From Eledone cirrhosa (lineage: Eukaryota): a stretch of 64,000 nucleotides of DNA. Within the stretch, counting starts at the first letter, position 1. Each line of letters starts with the position of its first letter. Under the pieces are notes generated by a model that did not search any database, was not told the DNA's origin, and saw nothing but the letters and a program-made list of their open reading frames with translations. Shown piece by piece: positions 14,204 to 27,884 of the stretch. The stretch lies in the NCBI GenBank assembly GCA_964016885.1, contig OZ024741.1:128464001-128528000 (forward strand), written 5' to 3'. The position numbers were made by a program, and so were the translations under genes.

Positions 14204-15196
14204 ATGATACAAAATCACAACAAAGCAGAGATATATGAAAAATGGCTTAACTCAACCCCTCTAACTCTCCCCCGTAAACTACAAATAAAGTCCATTCCAA
14301 ATGAACCCGAACCTCAAAGACACCTTAGGGAAAGAATGGCATTGGAAAAAATGAAGACAGAAATTGAACTTCTTAAACTGAGGGCCCAGACAAATGAGGA
14401 AAAAATCAAAACCATCGATGAAGAGATCCTCCTGGAAATCAACAACAAAACTGAAGGCCCCAAGGTAAAGAAGATCTCCAAATTATGGAAAGTGGACTGC
14501 AACAGAGAAGAACTTAAATCCCTTCAACGCTGGGAAAAAAGTGCCGCTTGGTTCCTACACTATGAATCGACTTTTCAAACGGATTACACCTCCAATAACC
14601 CGTTCATAAAAATAGGAAAACCCATAACTGAACCGCACAACAACTTCTCAAACCCCCAAGCATCAAACAAACGAAGAAGGAAGCACCACACCGAAGATGA
14701 ACTTCCCAACCTCGCTACCATAAGAAGGAACAAAAACCCAAGAAATCATCTCCCCCAGAATGACATTTACAACTTTCCCCCTTCAAGGAGACACCATACC
14801 AAATCACTCAACTACTACGCAGATTCCTCATCGTCAAACATAGGGAAAAGATACCACCGCCATGATAGATGCAACAACTTCCTCGCTTCAAGGGGACAGC
14901 AAGGTAATTACCATTTTCTCAACTCTCACTTCCACAATACACAACAAACCCACACCACACGATACAACCAACAACGTAGGCCACTTATAACACCACAATA
15001 CAACATGGCACATAGAAACACACACCCATACTCGCAGTACAGGAACACTCCATTCAATCTACAACCACCAACCCGAACCACATTTTACAACAACAAGGAA
15101 TATAACAAACACAGGAGACCACTTAACATCAGCAGACAACCCCTCTACCCCAACCATTTTTTAGACACAGCACACAGATACAGGCAAACAAAATAA
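14204..15196 (+). CDS. PLE upstream ORF1 (charged helical N-half, low-complexity N/R/H/Q-rich C-half); probably 5'-truncated
   Basis: 330-codon uninterrupted ORF with the same A/C-rich strand bias as the RT ORF. Frame stays open upstream (IKFSFWK) to the inversion junction near 14183. Overlaps the RT frame by 70 nt. Confidence 0.8.
   Translation: MIQNHNKAEIYEKWLNSTPLTLPRKLQIKSIPNEPEPQRHLRERMALEKMKTEIELLKLRAQTNEEKIKTIDEEILLEINNKTEGPKVKKISKLWKVDCNREELKSLQRWEKSAAWFLHYESTFQTDYTSNNPFIKIGKPITEPHNNFSNPQASNKRRRKHHTEDELPNLATIRRNKNPRNHLPQNDIYNFPPSRRHHTKSLNYYADSSSSNIGKRYHRHDRCNNFLASRGQQGNYHFLNSHFHNTQQTHTTRYNQQRRPLITPQYNMAHRNTHPYSQYRNTPFNLQPPTRTTFYNNKEYNKHRRPLNISRQPLYPNHFLDTAHRYRQTK
15157..15163 (+). 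promoter_or_regulatory. Candidate -1 ribosomal frameshift slippery heptamer T_TTT_TTA
   Basis: ORF1 reads CAT TTT TTA GAC. A -1 slip gives AGA CAC AGC..., open without a stop into the RT ORF. Confidence 0.6.
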
Positions 15197-15333
15197 CACA
15201 AGACAGGGAGGAGAAACCGATAGTAATAAAAATTATCAATCTTACTAGTGCAGAACCAACACCCAACCTTATCAACTTACTCTCCAAAGGTCTTAAATTC
15301 ACACCGACCCCACTACGTCCTAACTACTATGAA

Positions 15334-17481
15334 ATGAAGGAAGACATCACAGACTTCTGTAGAAAGTTACGACTTAGTGAACAACTATTCGACCAGTACA
15401 ATGAGGATGAATCATTAGCCAGAAATAGAAGCAATTACACCCCTTCAAAAGGTAGAAATAAAATCCTGGACGAATTCTGTGAACACATCACAAACTTCCC
15501 TTACCAACACTTGCACAGACAAAAACACAAGCCAAACCTCAACAAGAAAGAATGGGAAGAATTAAATAGATTAAAAACCGACAGAACCATTACAATTAAA
15601 GAGGCTGATAAAGGGAGTACAGTAGTCCTAATGGAGACAGAATTCTATATCAACTTAACGCTCTCCACTTTGGAAAACGAAACATACTACGAAAAGGCTG
15701 AACACTACAATCAACAGAAAATTATGAGAAACCTAAAAACTCTAATCAACCAATACAAAGAAGGACTCACTAACAAGGAATTCAGCTTCATCACAGACTT
15801 CACAAGTAAATCCAGCCTTTTCTACGGTATCCCTAAAGTACATAAAAGCGAATCAATAAGTAAGGCATGCAAGGAAGCCACAGACATAGTCATCAATGTC
15901 CCCTCACCCAATGATCTCAAATTAAGACCTATAATAGCAGGCCCCGCTTGCGAAACGCACCGTCTTAGCAACTTCATTGATACCCTTCTCAAACCCTTCC
16001 TCAAGCACATCAAAAGCTATATAAGGGACGACCTAGATATGCTCAATCACCTCCCTAATATGCCACTTTCTGAACAAACCCTACTAGTGACGTTCGATGT
16101 AGTCAACCTATACTCCAACATCCCCCACAACCTAGGAATAGAAGCTATCCAATTCTGGTTGGATAATTTCCACAATGAACTCCCACAACGCATCAAAAAA
16201 GAATTCGTGATAGAGGGACTCAAATTTATCTTGGAGAACAATTACTTCGTTTTCAATAACAAACCCTACAGGCAGAAATCTGGGACCGCTATGGGAACGA
16301 AAACAGCCCCTACTTATGCCAACCTAGTCATGGGATACCTGGAAATCACCCTCTACACTAAAGTCCTAAACAAATTTGGAAACACCCTCCACTCACACAT
16401 TGAAAGGAACTGGAAGCGATATCTAGATGACTGCTTCATCCTTTGGCACGAAAACATCGAAAAACTTAAAGAATTTCACACCCTTATAAATGGGCTCAAC
16501 ACAAATATTAACTTCACGATGGAATACAGCCATCAACAACTCCCCTTCCTCGACATCCTCATTAAGATCCATAACAAAAAAATAGAAACAGACATATACT
16601 ACAAGCCCACAGACTCCAAGCAATATCTCCCCTTCAACTCTTGCCACCCTAGACACGTTAAAATTAATATTCCCTACAACTTAGCCAAGAGAATCTGTAC
16701 TATAGTCTCCAATAAAAACATCTGCTACTTACGGCTACAAGAACTAAAGGACACACTCATAGGCAGGGACTACCCTGCATCACTAATTGACAATGGAATC
16801 CAATGTGCCCTAAAACTCAGTACCCAGGACCTTAGACACCCTAAAGTAAATCAACCAAAACTAAAAGCTCTTCCATACATCTCCACACACAACCCCCTCA
16901 ACAATGAGGCCTTTGACACCATCCTCCAGAACATCCCTGTATTGAAAAAGGACCATAGAATGAACCAAATTCTACGAACACACGATATCATAAAGAGCAA
17001 AAGACAATCCAAGTCAATGAAAAACATCTTAACACATGCCAAAGTACTGCCAACCACAACAACGAAACCCACAGTAAAAAAATGCAATAGACCCAACTGT
17101 GGCATTTGCATCAACCTAATAGAGGGTTCGGAATTCTATTTCAAAGATGGACAACGTTTTATAGTAAAACACAATTTCACATGTGCATCGGAAAATCTAA
17201 TATATGTATTAACTTGTTCAGGTTGTCGAGAACAATACATAGGCCAGACCAAAAACAGCCTCCGCCAACGCATGACTGTCCATAGATCACAAATTAAAAT
17301 ACGGGAATACAGGAAAATACCACTGAGTGAACACATTGATACCTGTGCCGCCCCAAATCATCCCAACTTCAGAATCTTTCCCCTCTACAAATTTAAAGAT
17401 AATGCCACCCACACCCAGCGCATCAGCAAGGAATCTTACTTCATTAACAAATACGGACCCCGTCTAAACACTTCTCCCTAA
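15334..17481 (+). CDS. PLE reverse transcriptase / GIY-YIG endonuclease (frame is open from 15127; conserved N-terminal part lies upstream of the first ATG)
   Basis: RT motifs LVTFDVVNLYSNI, YRQKSGTAMGTKTAPTYANLVM, WKRYLDDCF, LPFLDI, DIYYKPTDSKQYL..SCHP. Cys linker CNRPNCGIC..FTC. GIY-YIG LIYVLTCSGCREQYIGQT..R...H. In-frame upstream IINLTS..LLSKGLKFTPTP is the typical PLE N-terminal motif. Confidence 0.96.
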   Translation: MKEDITDFCRKLRLSEQLFDQYNEDESLARNRSNYTPSKGRNKILDEFCEHITNFPYQHLHRQKHKPNLNKKEWEELNRLKTDRTITIKEADKGSTVVLMETEFYINLTLSTLENETYYEKAEHYNQQKIMRNLKTLINQYKEGLTNKEFSFITDFTSKSSLFYGIPKVHKSESISKACKEATDIVINVPSPNDLKLRPIIAGPACETHRLSNFIDTLLKPFLKHIKSYIRDDLDMLNHLPNMPLSEQTLLVTFDVVNLYSNIPHNLGIEAIQFWLDNFHNELPQRIKKEFVIEGLKFILENNYFVFNNKPYRQKSGTAMGTKTAPTYANLVMGYLEITLYTKVLNKFGNTLHSHIERNWKRYLDDCFILWHENIEKLKEFHTLINGLNTNINFTMEYSHQQLPFLDILIKIHNKKIETDIYYKPTDSKQYLPFNSCHPRHVKINIPYNLAKRICTIVSNKNICYLRLQELKDTLIGRDYPASLIDNGIQCALKLSTQDLRHPKVNQPKLKALPYISTHNPLNNEAFDTILQNIPVLKKDHRMNQILRTHDIIKSKRQSKSMKNILTHAKVLPTTTTKPTVKKCNRPNCGICINLIEGSEFYFKDGQRFIVKHNFTCASENLIYVLTCSGCREQYIGQTKNSLRQRMTVHRSQIKIREYRKIPLSEHIDTCAAPNHPNFRIFPLYKFKDNATHTQRISKESYFINKYGPRLNTSP

Positions 17482-17865
17482 GACGAACCCACAACATACA
17501 CACGTCAACATACATACCTACATCAGCACACATCTCTAGCCACATATAAACACAATGACACACGTAAACACACATGCTCTATGGTGCAATACAAGGAAAT
17601 GTATGTGCATATATATGTATGTATATATGTATATATATATATATATATGTAGTGAATATATGTATGTGTATATATATATAGTGAATATCATTTCACACCT
17701 TTTATTGTTAATATTTTTGATGTTCTATTAAAAGAACCGATTTTACTGAAAAAATCGAATAATGTACACCATTTTACAAGGGGGAAAAAAATACTGGTCC
17801 ACCCACACACACACATATATATACACAAACACATATACACGCGTACATCAACATACAAAGAGACT

Positions 17866-17942
<77 letters not shown>

Positions 17943-17974
17943 TTCTCCGTATAAGACAAAAGCTGAAAAATATC

Positions 17975-18249
17975 TTTTGACATGCTAAAATACCCCCCAT
18001 TGCTTTCAGACACATTCTTACTGACCATCCCTGCCACCACAAATTACTCTGCTATACACACACACACACACACACACACTTATCTTTTGACATGCTAAAA
18101 TACCCCCCATTGCTTTCAGACACATTCTTACTGACCATCCCTGCACCACGAATCACTCTGCTATACACACACACACACTTATCTTAATAGCCATTTGACA
18201 CACATCGCTGCTGGCCATTGTCGCAGCATCGAACACCTTACTACTACTA

Positions 18250-18329
<80 letters not shown>

Positions 18330-18590
18330 ACACACACACACATATTTGTTGTGAAAGAGTCATTTCTCAATCTTGGCGCAAAACCAATTTTCTATTCACA
18401 TGACCTCTACCGACCAATCAAAATTGTTTTGACCAAGAATTTTTGCTGGAGCCACTTTTTTAACATAAAACAGTCTTGGCGCAAAATCAACTTTTTACAT
18501 TCACATGACCTCTACCGACCAATCAAAATTGTTTTGACCACAAGAATTTTTGCAACACAAAAATAACGCTGGAGCCACTTTTTTAACATG
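17975..18590 (+). repeat. Two pairs of ~100-bp tandem duplications plus CA tracts in the PLE 3' UTR
   Basis: tcttttgacatgctaaaatacccc occurs at ~17972 and ~18083; ttcacatgacctctaccgaccaatc at ~18395 and ~18500. Confidence 0.85.
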
Positions 18591-18654
18591 AAAACAGGTA
18601 GAATTCCCAAAACTAATCAGATCAGAGCAAACAGCACGGACACTCTATCTCAAA

Positions 18655-18699
18655 ATTATTTTTGAAAAGCATTTAGAAATGCGCAACCGGTAAAAACTT
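18655..18699 (+). ncRNA. Variant minimal hammerhead-like motif in the PLE 3' repeat (TTGAAAA / GCAA core)
   Basis: ttt TTGAAAA GCATT TAGA AATGC GCAA CCGG TA aaa; palindromic stem III ACCGGT. Same motif in the inverted arm (~13865-13905, -) and in both arms of 44431-44862. Confidence 0.5.
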
Positions 18700-18813
18700 A
18701 AAAACTTAAAACCACAACTGAATACTAACCCATACAATCACTAATACTCTTTTATTCCTAATTAAACCATTTTTCAACTGTGAACAATTTGTCAGCATTT
18801 TCTATTCCGTTTA

Positions 18814-18885
<72 letters not shown>

Positions 18886-18906
18886 TATATATATATAAAT
18901 ATATAT

Positions 18907-19380
18907 ATGTGTGGATGTATGTATATATATATATACATACTACTGTACGTCTGTATACATATATGTATGTACGTGTACATATTTAAGTAACAGCCGTACT
19001 AAGAGTGGGAAATGAAATTTCGTTTCATTTTTTCCGTTTATCGTTTTCGGTGCACCCGGCCGATTAACCCACTCGATATGCAAATTGGGCTACTCAGCCG
19101 TTAATATGGATAAGGTAATTATATACGTTCAACAATCTGGCAGGAAGGTATACGTTGCTGACGATAGCTAATAAGCTTGAAACTAGTACAGCGTTCCTTT
19201 GTCAGTGTTGAACAAATGAGCAACGGTGATTGCTAGACACTACGGCTTAATACGGGATGTTTGTTTACAAACACACTGAGCATTATAATAAATGTGCATA
19301 TATATATGTGTGCATGTATGTATATATATATAATACTACTGTACGTCTGTATACATATATGTATGTACGTGTACATTCTA
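18907..19380 (+). mobile_element. Retrozyme-like HHR element, copy C (396-nt unit, different permutation)
   Basis: tactgtacgtctgtatacatatatg at 18941 and 19337. HHR core CTGACGA 19158-19164, GAAA 19179-19182. Confidence 0.85.
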
Positions 19381-19382
19381 AT

Positions 19383-19462
<80 letters not shown>

Positions 19463-19476
19463 TATATATATATATA

Positions 19477-19520
<44 letters not shown>

Positions 19521-19606
19521 TATATATATATATATATATATGAATATATATATATATATATGAATATATATATATATATATGAATATATATATATATATA
19601 TATATA

Positions 19607-19642
<36 letters not shown>

Positions 19643-19726
19643 TATATATATATATATTCATATATATATATATATATATATATGAATATATATATATATA
19701 TATATATATTCATATATATATATATA

Positions 19727-20225
<499 letters not shown>

Positions 20226-20293
20226 AGTGTATACTGATTAATGTATACTGATTAGTGTATACTGATTAGTGTATACTGATTAGGGTATACTGA

Positions 20294-20357
<64 letters not shown>

Positions 20358-20375
20358 TATATATATATATATACA

Positions 20376-20411
<36 letters not shown>

Positions 20412-20573
20412 TATATATAAATATATATATATATATATACATGAATATATATATATATATATACATGAATATATATATATATATATATGAATATATATAA
20501 ATATATATATGAATATATATATATATATGAATATATATATATATATATATGAATATATATATATATATATATA

Positions 20574-20662
<89 letters not shown>

Positions 20663-21120
20663 GAAAATAAAACAAAGAATCCTTCAATACATCAATAGTC
20701 TTTATTAGCCAACAATGTTTCGTCCTATTAAGGACTCATCAGGGCAATTAAAACAACAAGAAGTATTATCGGACAATACAAGCCGAAAACTCCGAAGAAT
20801 ATGGAGTGTACATACACTAAAGTATTGCAAGATTATGGGTAAAAATATATAATAAAAATCACTAAGGAGGTGTATAACATTTAGAACCATATTACAAATA
20901 TAGTCCAAAGCAAAAAAAAACCTAGAGCTAAACAAAGGTGGTTATATAGAGCGGGAATTATATATAATACTATATAATATAATATAATATACTTGTAACT
21001 ATATTAAAATAAAAATTAAAATTAAAAGGCACAATATACATATGTATGCACACGTACGCACATATACATATACATCAATACACATATCCATCATTAACAG
21101 CACAAATTAAACCTTATTAA

Positions 21121-21256
21121 GAGTTACGTCCCTTTACGATCTGAGTTCAAATCCCGCCGAGGTTGACTTTGCCTTTCATCCTTACGGGGTCGATAAAATA
21201 AAGTACCAGTAATGCACTGGGTAATTGCTGGCCTTGTGCCTAAAGTAGAGACAATT
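21121..21256 (+). mobile_element. 5'-truncated SINE nested in the PLE 3' UTR
   Basis: B box plus central domain; ttaagagtt at both ends may be a target-site duplication. Confidence 0.8.
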
Positions 21257-22589
21257 AAGAGTTTAAACATAAATAAGCATGATAGGAATAAAAATAATAA
21301 TAATTCGTATATCTAATATACATGAAGTAATGAAATGATTAAAAGTAGCACATATAATATATAATAAACTATATAATTATATAATATATAATATAATATA
21401 ATAGATAATCTCCGGTTAATTTACACAAACAATATAGATGTCACAATAATACTATAATAATAATATAATAATATATATAATATATAATGGCATGTAAGTT
21501 AACAAATCAATTCATATAGAGTTACAGAGTAGGTGAGAAAAAAATATAAATTGTACAATACCCAAAATTATGATGGTACAAAAATATAAACATCTTACAT
21601 GATATATAAAATTTAACATATCATAATGGTACATAAAATCAACGGTAAGTAATAAGGATCAATAGTACAATAACAACTACAATATAAAATAATGAACATA
21701 ATATAATATATAATTACTTATAATTACAAGGTTGGTAAACAGACATATATGTGGATGAGTGAGTAAGGGCCAGACAGAAAATAGAATACACAGTAGTATT
21801 AATAAATAAATAAATAAATATATAAATAAAATAAAATCAACCGGAAATTAAAAAACAAAAACAAAAGTATTTACTTAGGTCTCACATGCAGTTAAATAAA
21901 AACATAGGAAACAACCCAGGTAAATGACTCGAAAACCCTATTTGATAAATTAATATTGAAAATATTTAAAATATCTAATAAGGCGATACAATATTAGCTA
22001 TGGTTTAAGTAATCAAAATGTATAAACATTAATATTTCACTACAAATATATATATAAAGGAATGAAATTTTCTACTATCATTTACAAAACGATATCTAAA
22101 AAACTGACTTAAGCAAAATTAAGGTAGGCTAATAGGGACAGAAAAAAAGAAATGTATGAAGGATACAAAGGAGCATAAAATCATAATCAATATACTGTAT
22201 TATATAATAGAAAGGAGCATAAAAGAGGGGGGATTAAATATAATAATAATATATATTTGAAGGGGTTGGCAATAAGTTTATGTGTGTGGGGGGGAATGTG
22301 GGGGGGGGTATCCAAAGAAGAATCCAAATAAAATAAAATAAAATGAAATAAAATAAAATAATGTAAAATATATAATCAGATATATACTCATAAGGTGTTA
22401 ATAGTGAAAATTTAATGTGTAAGAAGATAGATATGGTATAGTAGCCAAAAGATTATGAGAGCTAGAATAAAAAAGTTGTCAAAAACCAATGATAATAATG
22501 ATGATAATAATGGTGGTAAACAAAAAGAAACTAAACTAAAAAAAATAAGTAATGGAATATATCAGCTAATGGATACAATTTATACTACT

Positions 22590-22892
22590 AGAACCTTTAG
22601 GTTTATAATAAAAGTAAGAGTTAGAAATAGCGTGGGGGCAAGAAGAGAATATCTCAGACTTTCTATTAAGTAAGGATTCACAAGAGAAAATTATAGAGTG
22701 TGTCTCGAGGATACAGAGATTACAAAATTTAGTATGTGTAGAAAGGTTATTAGAGCGTGCTACTAAACGCCAATTAAGGCTATATGGTATATTAGCCCCC
22801 TTAAGATCCCAGATATAGTGTGCTAAAGAAGTAGAATTCTTAAACTTAACATGTTTAAATTAGAGATATGAGAATTAAACCTAGTCTTAAAA
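22590..22892 (-). pseudogene. PLE GIY-YIG endonuclease C-terminal fragment
   Basis: Manual translation with frameshifts; motifs as listed for the parent element. Confidence 0.8.
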
Positions 22893-22937
22893 GTTTTCGG
22901 CTTGTATTGGCCGATAATACTTCTTGTTGTTTTAATT

Positions 22938-22975
22938 GCCCTGATGAGTCCTTAATAGGACGAAACATTGTTGGC
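22938..22975 (+). ncRNA. Minimal type I hammerhead ribozyme (PLE-type)
   Basis: gcc CTGATGA GTCC ttaata GGAC GAAA C att G TT ggc. Mirror copy at ~20708-20745 (-). Confidence 0.85.
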
Positions 22976-23122
22976 TAATAAAGACTTTTGATGTATTGAA
23001 GGCTTCTTTGTTTTATTTTCATAATTCTTCGGCTCTGTTTAATTACATTGAGCTATACCATTTACTGTCATTTCTATAATACGAAGAGGGTGTTTAACTC
23101 CAACACGCTCCAGTATTTTAAT

Positions 23123-23185
<63 letters not shown>

Positions 23186-23231
23186 TATATATATGAATAT
23201 ATATTCATATATATATATATATTCATATATT

Positions 23232-23299
<68 letters not shown>

Positions 23300-23306
<7 letters not shown>

Positions 23307-23520
23307 GTGAGGTTTTATTTACAAAATGAAAAATAACCGAGGTGTGTCCTACACGAGTGAAAGTATAAAGAAAAAGAGATGAAATCGAAAATGCGACTGG
23401 AGTCTTATTTTAAAAAAATATATATATTTTGTTATTTGGTTCCTTTACCGGTTTCGCAGTTCTTCTGCTTTTCAAAAGGTGAGTTGAGATGGAGGATCTG
23501 TGGTTTTTCTCACATCTGAA
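23300..23520 (-). mobile_element. PLE 3'-end fragment with U3-A8 variant hammerhead
   Basis: Minus strand 23442-23479: cctt TTGAAAA GCAG aagaa CTGC GAAA CCGG TA aagg. TA flanks. Confidence 0.7.
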
Positions 23521-23538
23521 TATATATATATATATATA

Positions 23539-23648
<110 letters not shown>

Positions 23649-23664
23649 GATATATATATATATA

Positions 23665-23720
<56 letters not shown>

Positions 23721-23729
23721 TATATATAA

Positions 23730-23828
<99 letters not shown>

Positions 23829-23835
23829 ATATATA

Positions 23836-23882
<47 letters not shown>

Positions 23883-23890
23883 CATATATA

Positions 23891-23993
<103 letters not shown>

Positions 23994-24041
23994 TATATAT
24001 ATATATATATATATTCATATATATATATATATATATATATA

Positions 24042-24077
<36 letters not shown>

Positions 24078-24080
24078 GAA

Positions 24081-24163
<83 letters not shown>

Positions 24164-24230
24164 TATATATATATGAATATATATATATATATATGAATAT
24201 ATATATATATATATATGAATATATATATAT

Positions 24231-24958
24231 CACCATCACCTATATAACTCACCCACACACACACCCCAAAAAATTTTTTTTATCCACACGCCACCCACAC
24301 CCACAACACGCTTAAACCACACACACACGTGCTTCCCACCACATATTTACACCCTCAGCCTCCTGATTCCCCCCCCCCCCACCCCCACCCCCCTATCCAC
24401 ACACGCACAGACCCTCCGACCCACAAAAACACCCCCCACACACCTTCCTGAACATGCAACCCCGTTCTTCCCCCATCCCTCACTTTCACATACACACACA
24501 CACACACACACACGCACACCTAACCACACACACCACCTTCAGCCCTCCCCGCTCGGACACCCCGTCTCCCTCTCCCCACTCCACCCGCCACCACCACTAC
24601 TCACCCCACACCCTTCCACCACCTGTTTACCCCCCTTTTAATTTCAGTTTATTTTGATCATGCCTTTATTTTTAAATTTTCTCATTCCTTGTATTTTGAT
24701 CATGCTTTATTTTTATTTATTATTTATTATATTTTTGTCTTTATTTGTTAATTTTTCATTCGCACCGTTTCCTTTCGCTATATGTCTCGCCACCACTCCC
24801 CTACACACCTTTTGAACTCTGTTCCCACACACTTCTCACCTGAAGAAGGGCTTATGCCCGAAACGTCGTCCCGCACCTACCTCCCACTCTCCTGAGCGTG
24901 AATTTAATAAACATTTATCGTACTGCCTCTCTGTTCTGTCCCTGTTCAATTTTTCATT
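24231..24958 (+). mobile_element. PLE 3'-end fragment (C-rich UTR) with hammerhead core
   Basis: CTGAAGA A GGGC ttat GCCC GAAACGTC at 24840-24867, then aataaa and a tail into TA. Confidence 0.7.
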
Positions 24959-25088
24959 ATATATATATATAATATATATATATATGATATATATATATAT
25001 ATATATATGAATATATATATATATATATATGAATATATATATATATATATATGAATATATATATATATATTATATAGTATATATATAT

Positions 25089-25129
<41 letters not shown>

Positions 25130-25133
<4 letters not shown>

Positions 25134-25583
25134 TATGTACACGTGCATACATATATGTATACAGACGTACAGTTGTATGTATATATATATACATACATGC
25201 ACACATATATATGTACGTATCGATTCACCGAACATTTATTATAATGCTCGGTGTGTTTGTAAACAAACATCCTCGTATTAAGCCGTAGTGTCTAGCAACC
25301 ATCGTTGCAAATTAGGCTGCTCAGGCCGTTAATTTTTCATAAGGAAAGTATATACTTTCGAACGTTCAACTATCTGGCAGAAGGGTATACGGTGCTGATG
25401 ATAGCTAACAAGCTTGAAACTAGTACATAGTTCCTGTGTCAGTGTTGAACAAAAAGGTGACGTGGTTGCCCTAACACCGTACGGCATAAAATTCAGGCTG
25501 TTCAGTTTGTTTACAAACGAACAAAGCGGCGTTATAATAAGCGTCCGCTAAAACTGATACGTGCATATATGTATGTGTACCTG

Positions 25584-25614
<31 letters not shown>

Positions 25615-25722
25615 GCATGCTACTGTACAACTGTATACATATATGTATGTACGTATACACACATACTTACATTTAAGTAAGTGCCGTACTAAGAGTGAGA
25701 AATGAAATTTCGTTTTCATTTT
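25130..25722 (+). mobile_element. Retrozyme-like HHR element, copy D (inverted arm 25130-25308 plus partial unit)
   Basis: Same sequence family. HHR core CTGATGA 25395-25401 ... GAAACTAGTA. Confidence 0.8.
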
Positions 25723-25766
25723 ATTTCAACTATATATATATGAATATATATATATATATATATATA

Positions 25767-25865
<99 letters not shown>

Positions 25866-25869
25866 GAAT

Positions 25870-25901
<32 letters not shown>

Positions 25902-25964
25902 GAATATATATATATGAATATATATATATATATATGAATATATATATATGAATATATATATATA

Positions 25965-26031
<67 letters not shown>

Positions 26032-26129
26032 GAAATATATATATATATATGAATATATATATATATATATATATGAATATATATATATATATATATATAT
26101 ATGAATATATATATATATATATATATATA

Positions 26130-26166
<37 letters not shown>

Positions 26167-26238
26167 TATATAATATATATATATATATATGAATACATAT
26201 ATATATATATATATGATATATATATATATATATATATA

Positions 26239-26301
<63 letters not shown>

Positions 26302-26307
<6 letters not shown>

Positions 26308-26747
26308 ATACTTTGGGAGGGTCATGTTGCCAATAAGAAACACACGCACCAGCTGCTTTCACTTCAATTTATTATATATTTATAAATTTATAAATTTACA
26401 AATCTACAAACTTATAAATTTCTGGTTGGTTGGTTGGTTCCACAACCAGATAGTTGTTTATATATAGTTATAGTCCTTTCGTCACACACTCTGTGAGGTC
26501 ACAGAGTGTTTTGACGAAAGGACTATGACTATATATAAACAACTATCTGGTTGTGGAACCAACCAACCAACCAGAAATTTATAAGTTTGTAGATTTGTAA
26601 ATTTATAAATTTATAAATATATAATAAATTGAAGTGAAAGCAACTGGTGCGTGTGTTTCTTATTGGCAACATGACCCTCCCAAAGTATAACAATATCGGT
26701 TTCAACACACGATTTCAGATAAAGAATCTTGCTAAACAATTCAGAAA

Positions 26748-26751
<4 letters not shown>
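26302..26751. mobile_element. Fold-back insertion in (TA)n
   Basis: ~195-bp arms centred ~26496; ~55-nt tail on the right arm only. Confidence 0.8.
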
Positions 26752-26832
<81 letters not shown>

Positions 26833-26984
26833 TATATATAATATATGTATATATGTATATATATATATATATTTATATGTATATATATATTTGTATGTAT
26901 GTATATATATGTATATAAATATATATGTGTATGTGTGTGTGTGTGCGTTATCCAATTCGTTAGTTATTTCATTTCGTAGTTTAA

Positions 26985-27530
26985 TTCCTTATTTATTTTT
27001 ATTTCGTTATATATTTAGTTCTATACTTATTTCGTTATATATTTAGTTTTATATTTATTTTGTATAATATTTAGTTTTATATTTATTTCGTTATATATTT
27101 CGTTTTATATTTATTTCGTTATATATTTAGTTTTATATTTATTCGTTATATATTTATTTTATTTTATTCGTTATATATTTATTTATTATTTATTTCATTA
27201 TTTTTTTATTCATTATTTATTACGTTATTTTCGTTATTTTTTTTATTCATTATTTATTTAGTACTCTATTTATTTCGTTATATATTTATTTTTATATTTA
27301 TTTCGTTATATATTTCGTTTTATATTTATTTCGTTATATATTTAATTTTATATTTATTCGTTATATATTTATTTTATTTTATTCGTTATATATTTATTCA
27401 TTATTTATTTCATTATTTTTTTATTCATTATTTATTACGTTATTATCGTTATTTTTTCATTCATTATTTATTTCGTTATTTTCGTTATTTTTTTATTCAT
27501 TATTTATTTTATTATTTTCGTTATTTACGA
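26985..27530. repeat. AT-rich minisatellite (tttatttcgttatata-like units) with a ~180-bp higher-order duplication
   Basis: Direct reading; ~27080-27260 is repeated at ~27295-27475. Confidence 0.85.
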
Positions 27531-27834
27531 AATCAAAAAAGGAATAAATAACTAAATAATTAACAAAGTAAATAAATAATAAAATAGATAACGAAAGTAA
27601 TAAATAACGGATAATACAACGAAATAAAAGGAAATAAATGGCGGAGCTAATAAAGAGTTAATGAAATATATAAAGTAAATAAATAATGTGTATGTGGCTT
27701 GTGGAATTAACAGTTTGACCTGGTTTTGTTCTTTTTGTATTTGTTCATATCTAGAATGTGTCCTCTTTCAAACATACTCATTCTCTCTCTCTCTCTCTTT
27801 CTTCCTTTCTTTCTTGCTTTCTTTCTCTCTCTGA

Positions 27835-27884
<50 letters not shown>

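Larger units (their letters stand above)
13704..18817 (+). mobile_element. Penelope-like retroelement (Neptune-type), 5'-truncated, with an inverted copy of its 3' end (pLTR) upstream, inserted in (TA)n
   Basis: Contains an RT + GIY-YIG ORF. 13744-14169 is the reverse complement of ~18393-18817. Both ends abut long TA tracts. Confidence 0.95.
20658..23128 (-). mobile_element. 5'-truncated PLE (second clade, tentatively Nematis-like) with long AT-rich 3' UTR and inverted 3'-end copy at 22893-23128
   Basis: 20659-20790 is the reverse complement of 22893-23024. The minus strand at ~22590-22892 encodes frameshifted FKTRFNSH..NSTSLAHYIWDLK..Y.LNW..FCNLCILE..LLNRKSEIFSSCPH, a GIY-YIG C-terminus. 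Confidence 0.85.

Noticed and set aside
15822-17336. Short antisense ORFs inside the RT gene
   Set aside because: By-products of the strong A/C strand bias of the PLE coding strand.
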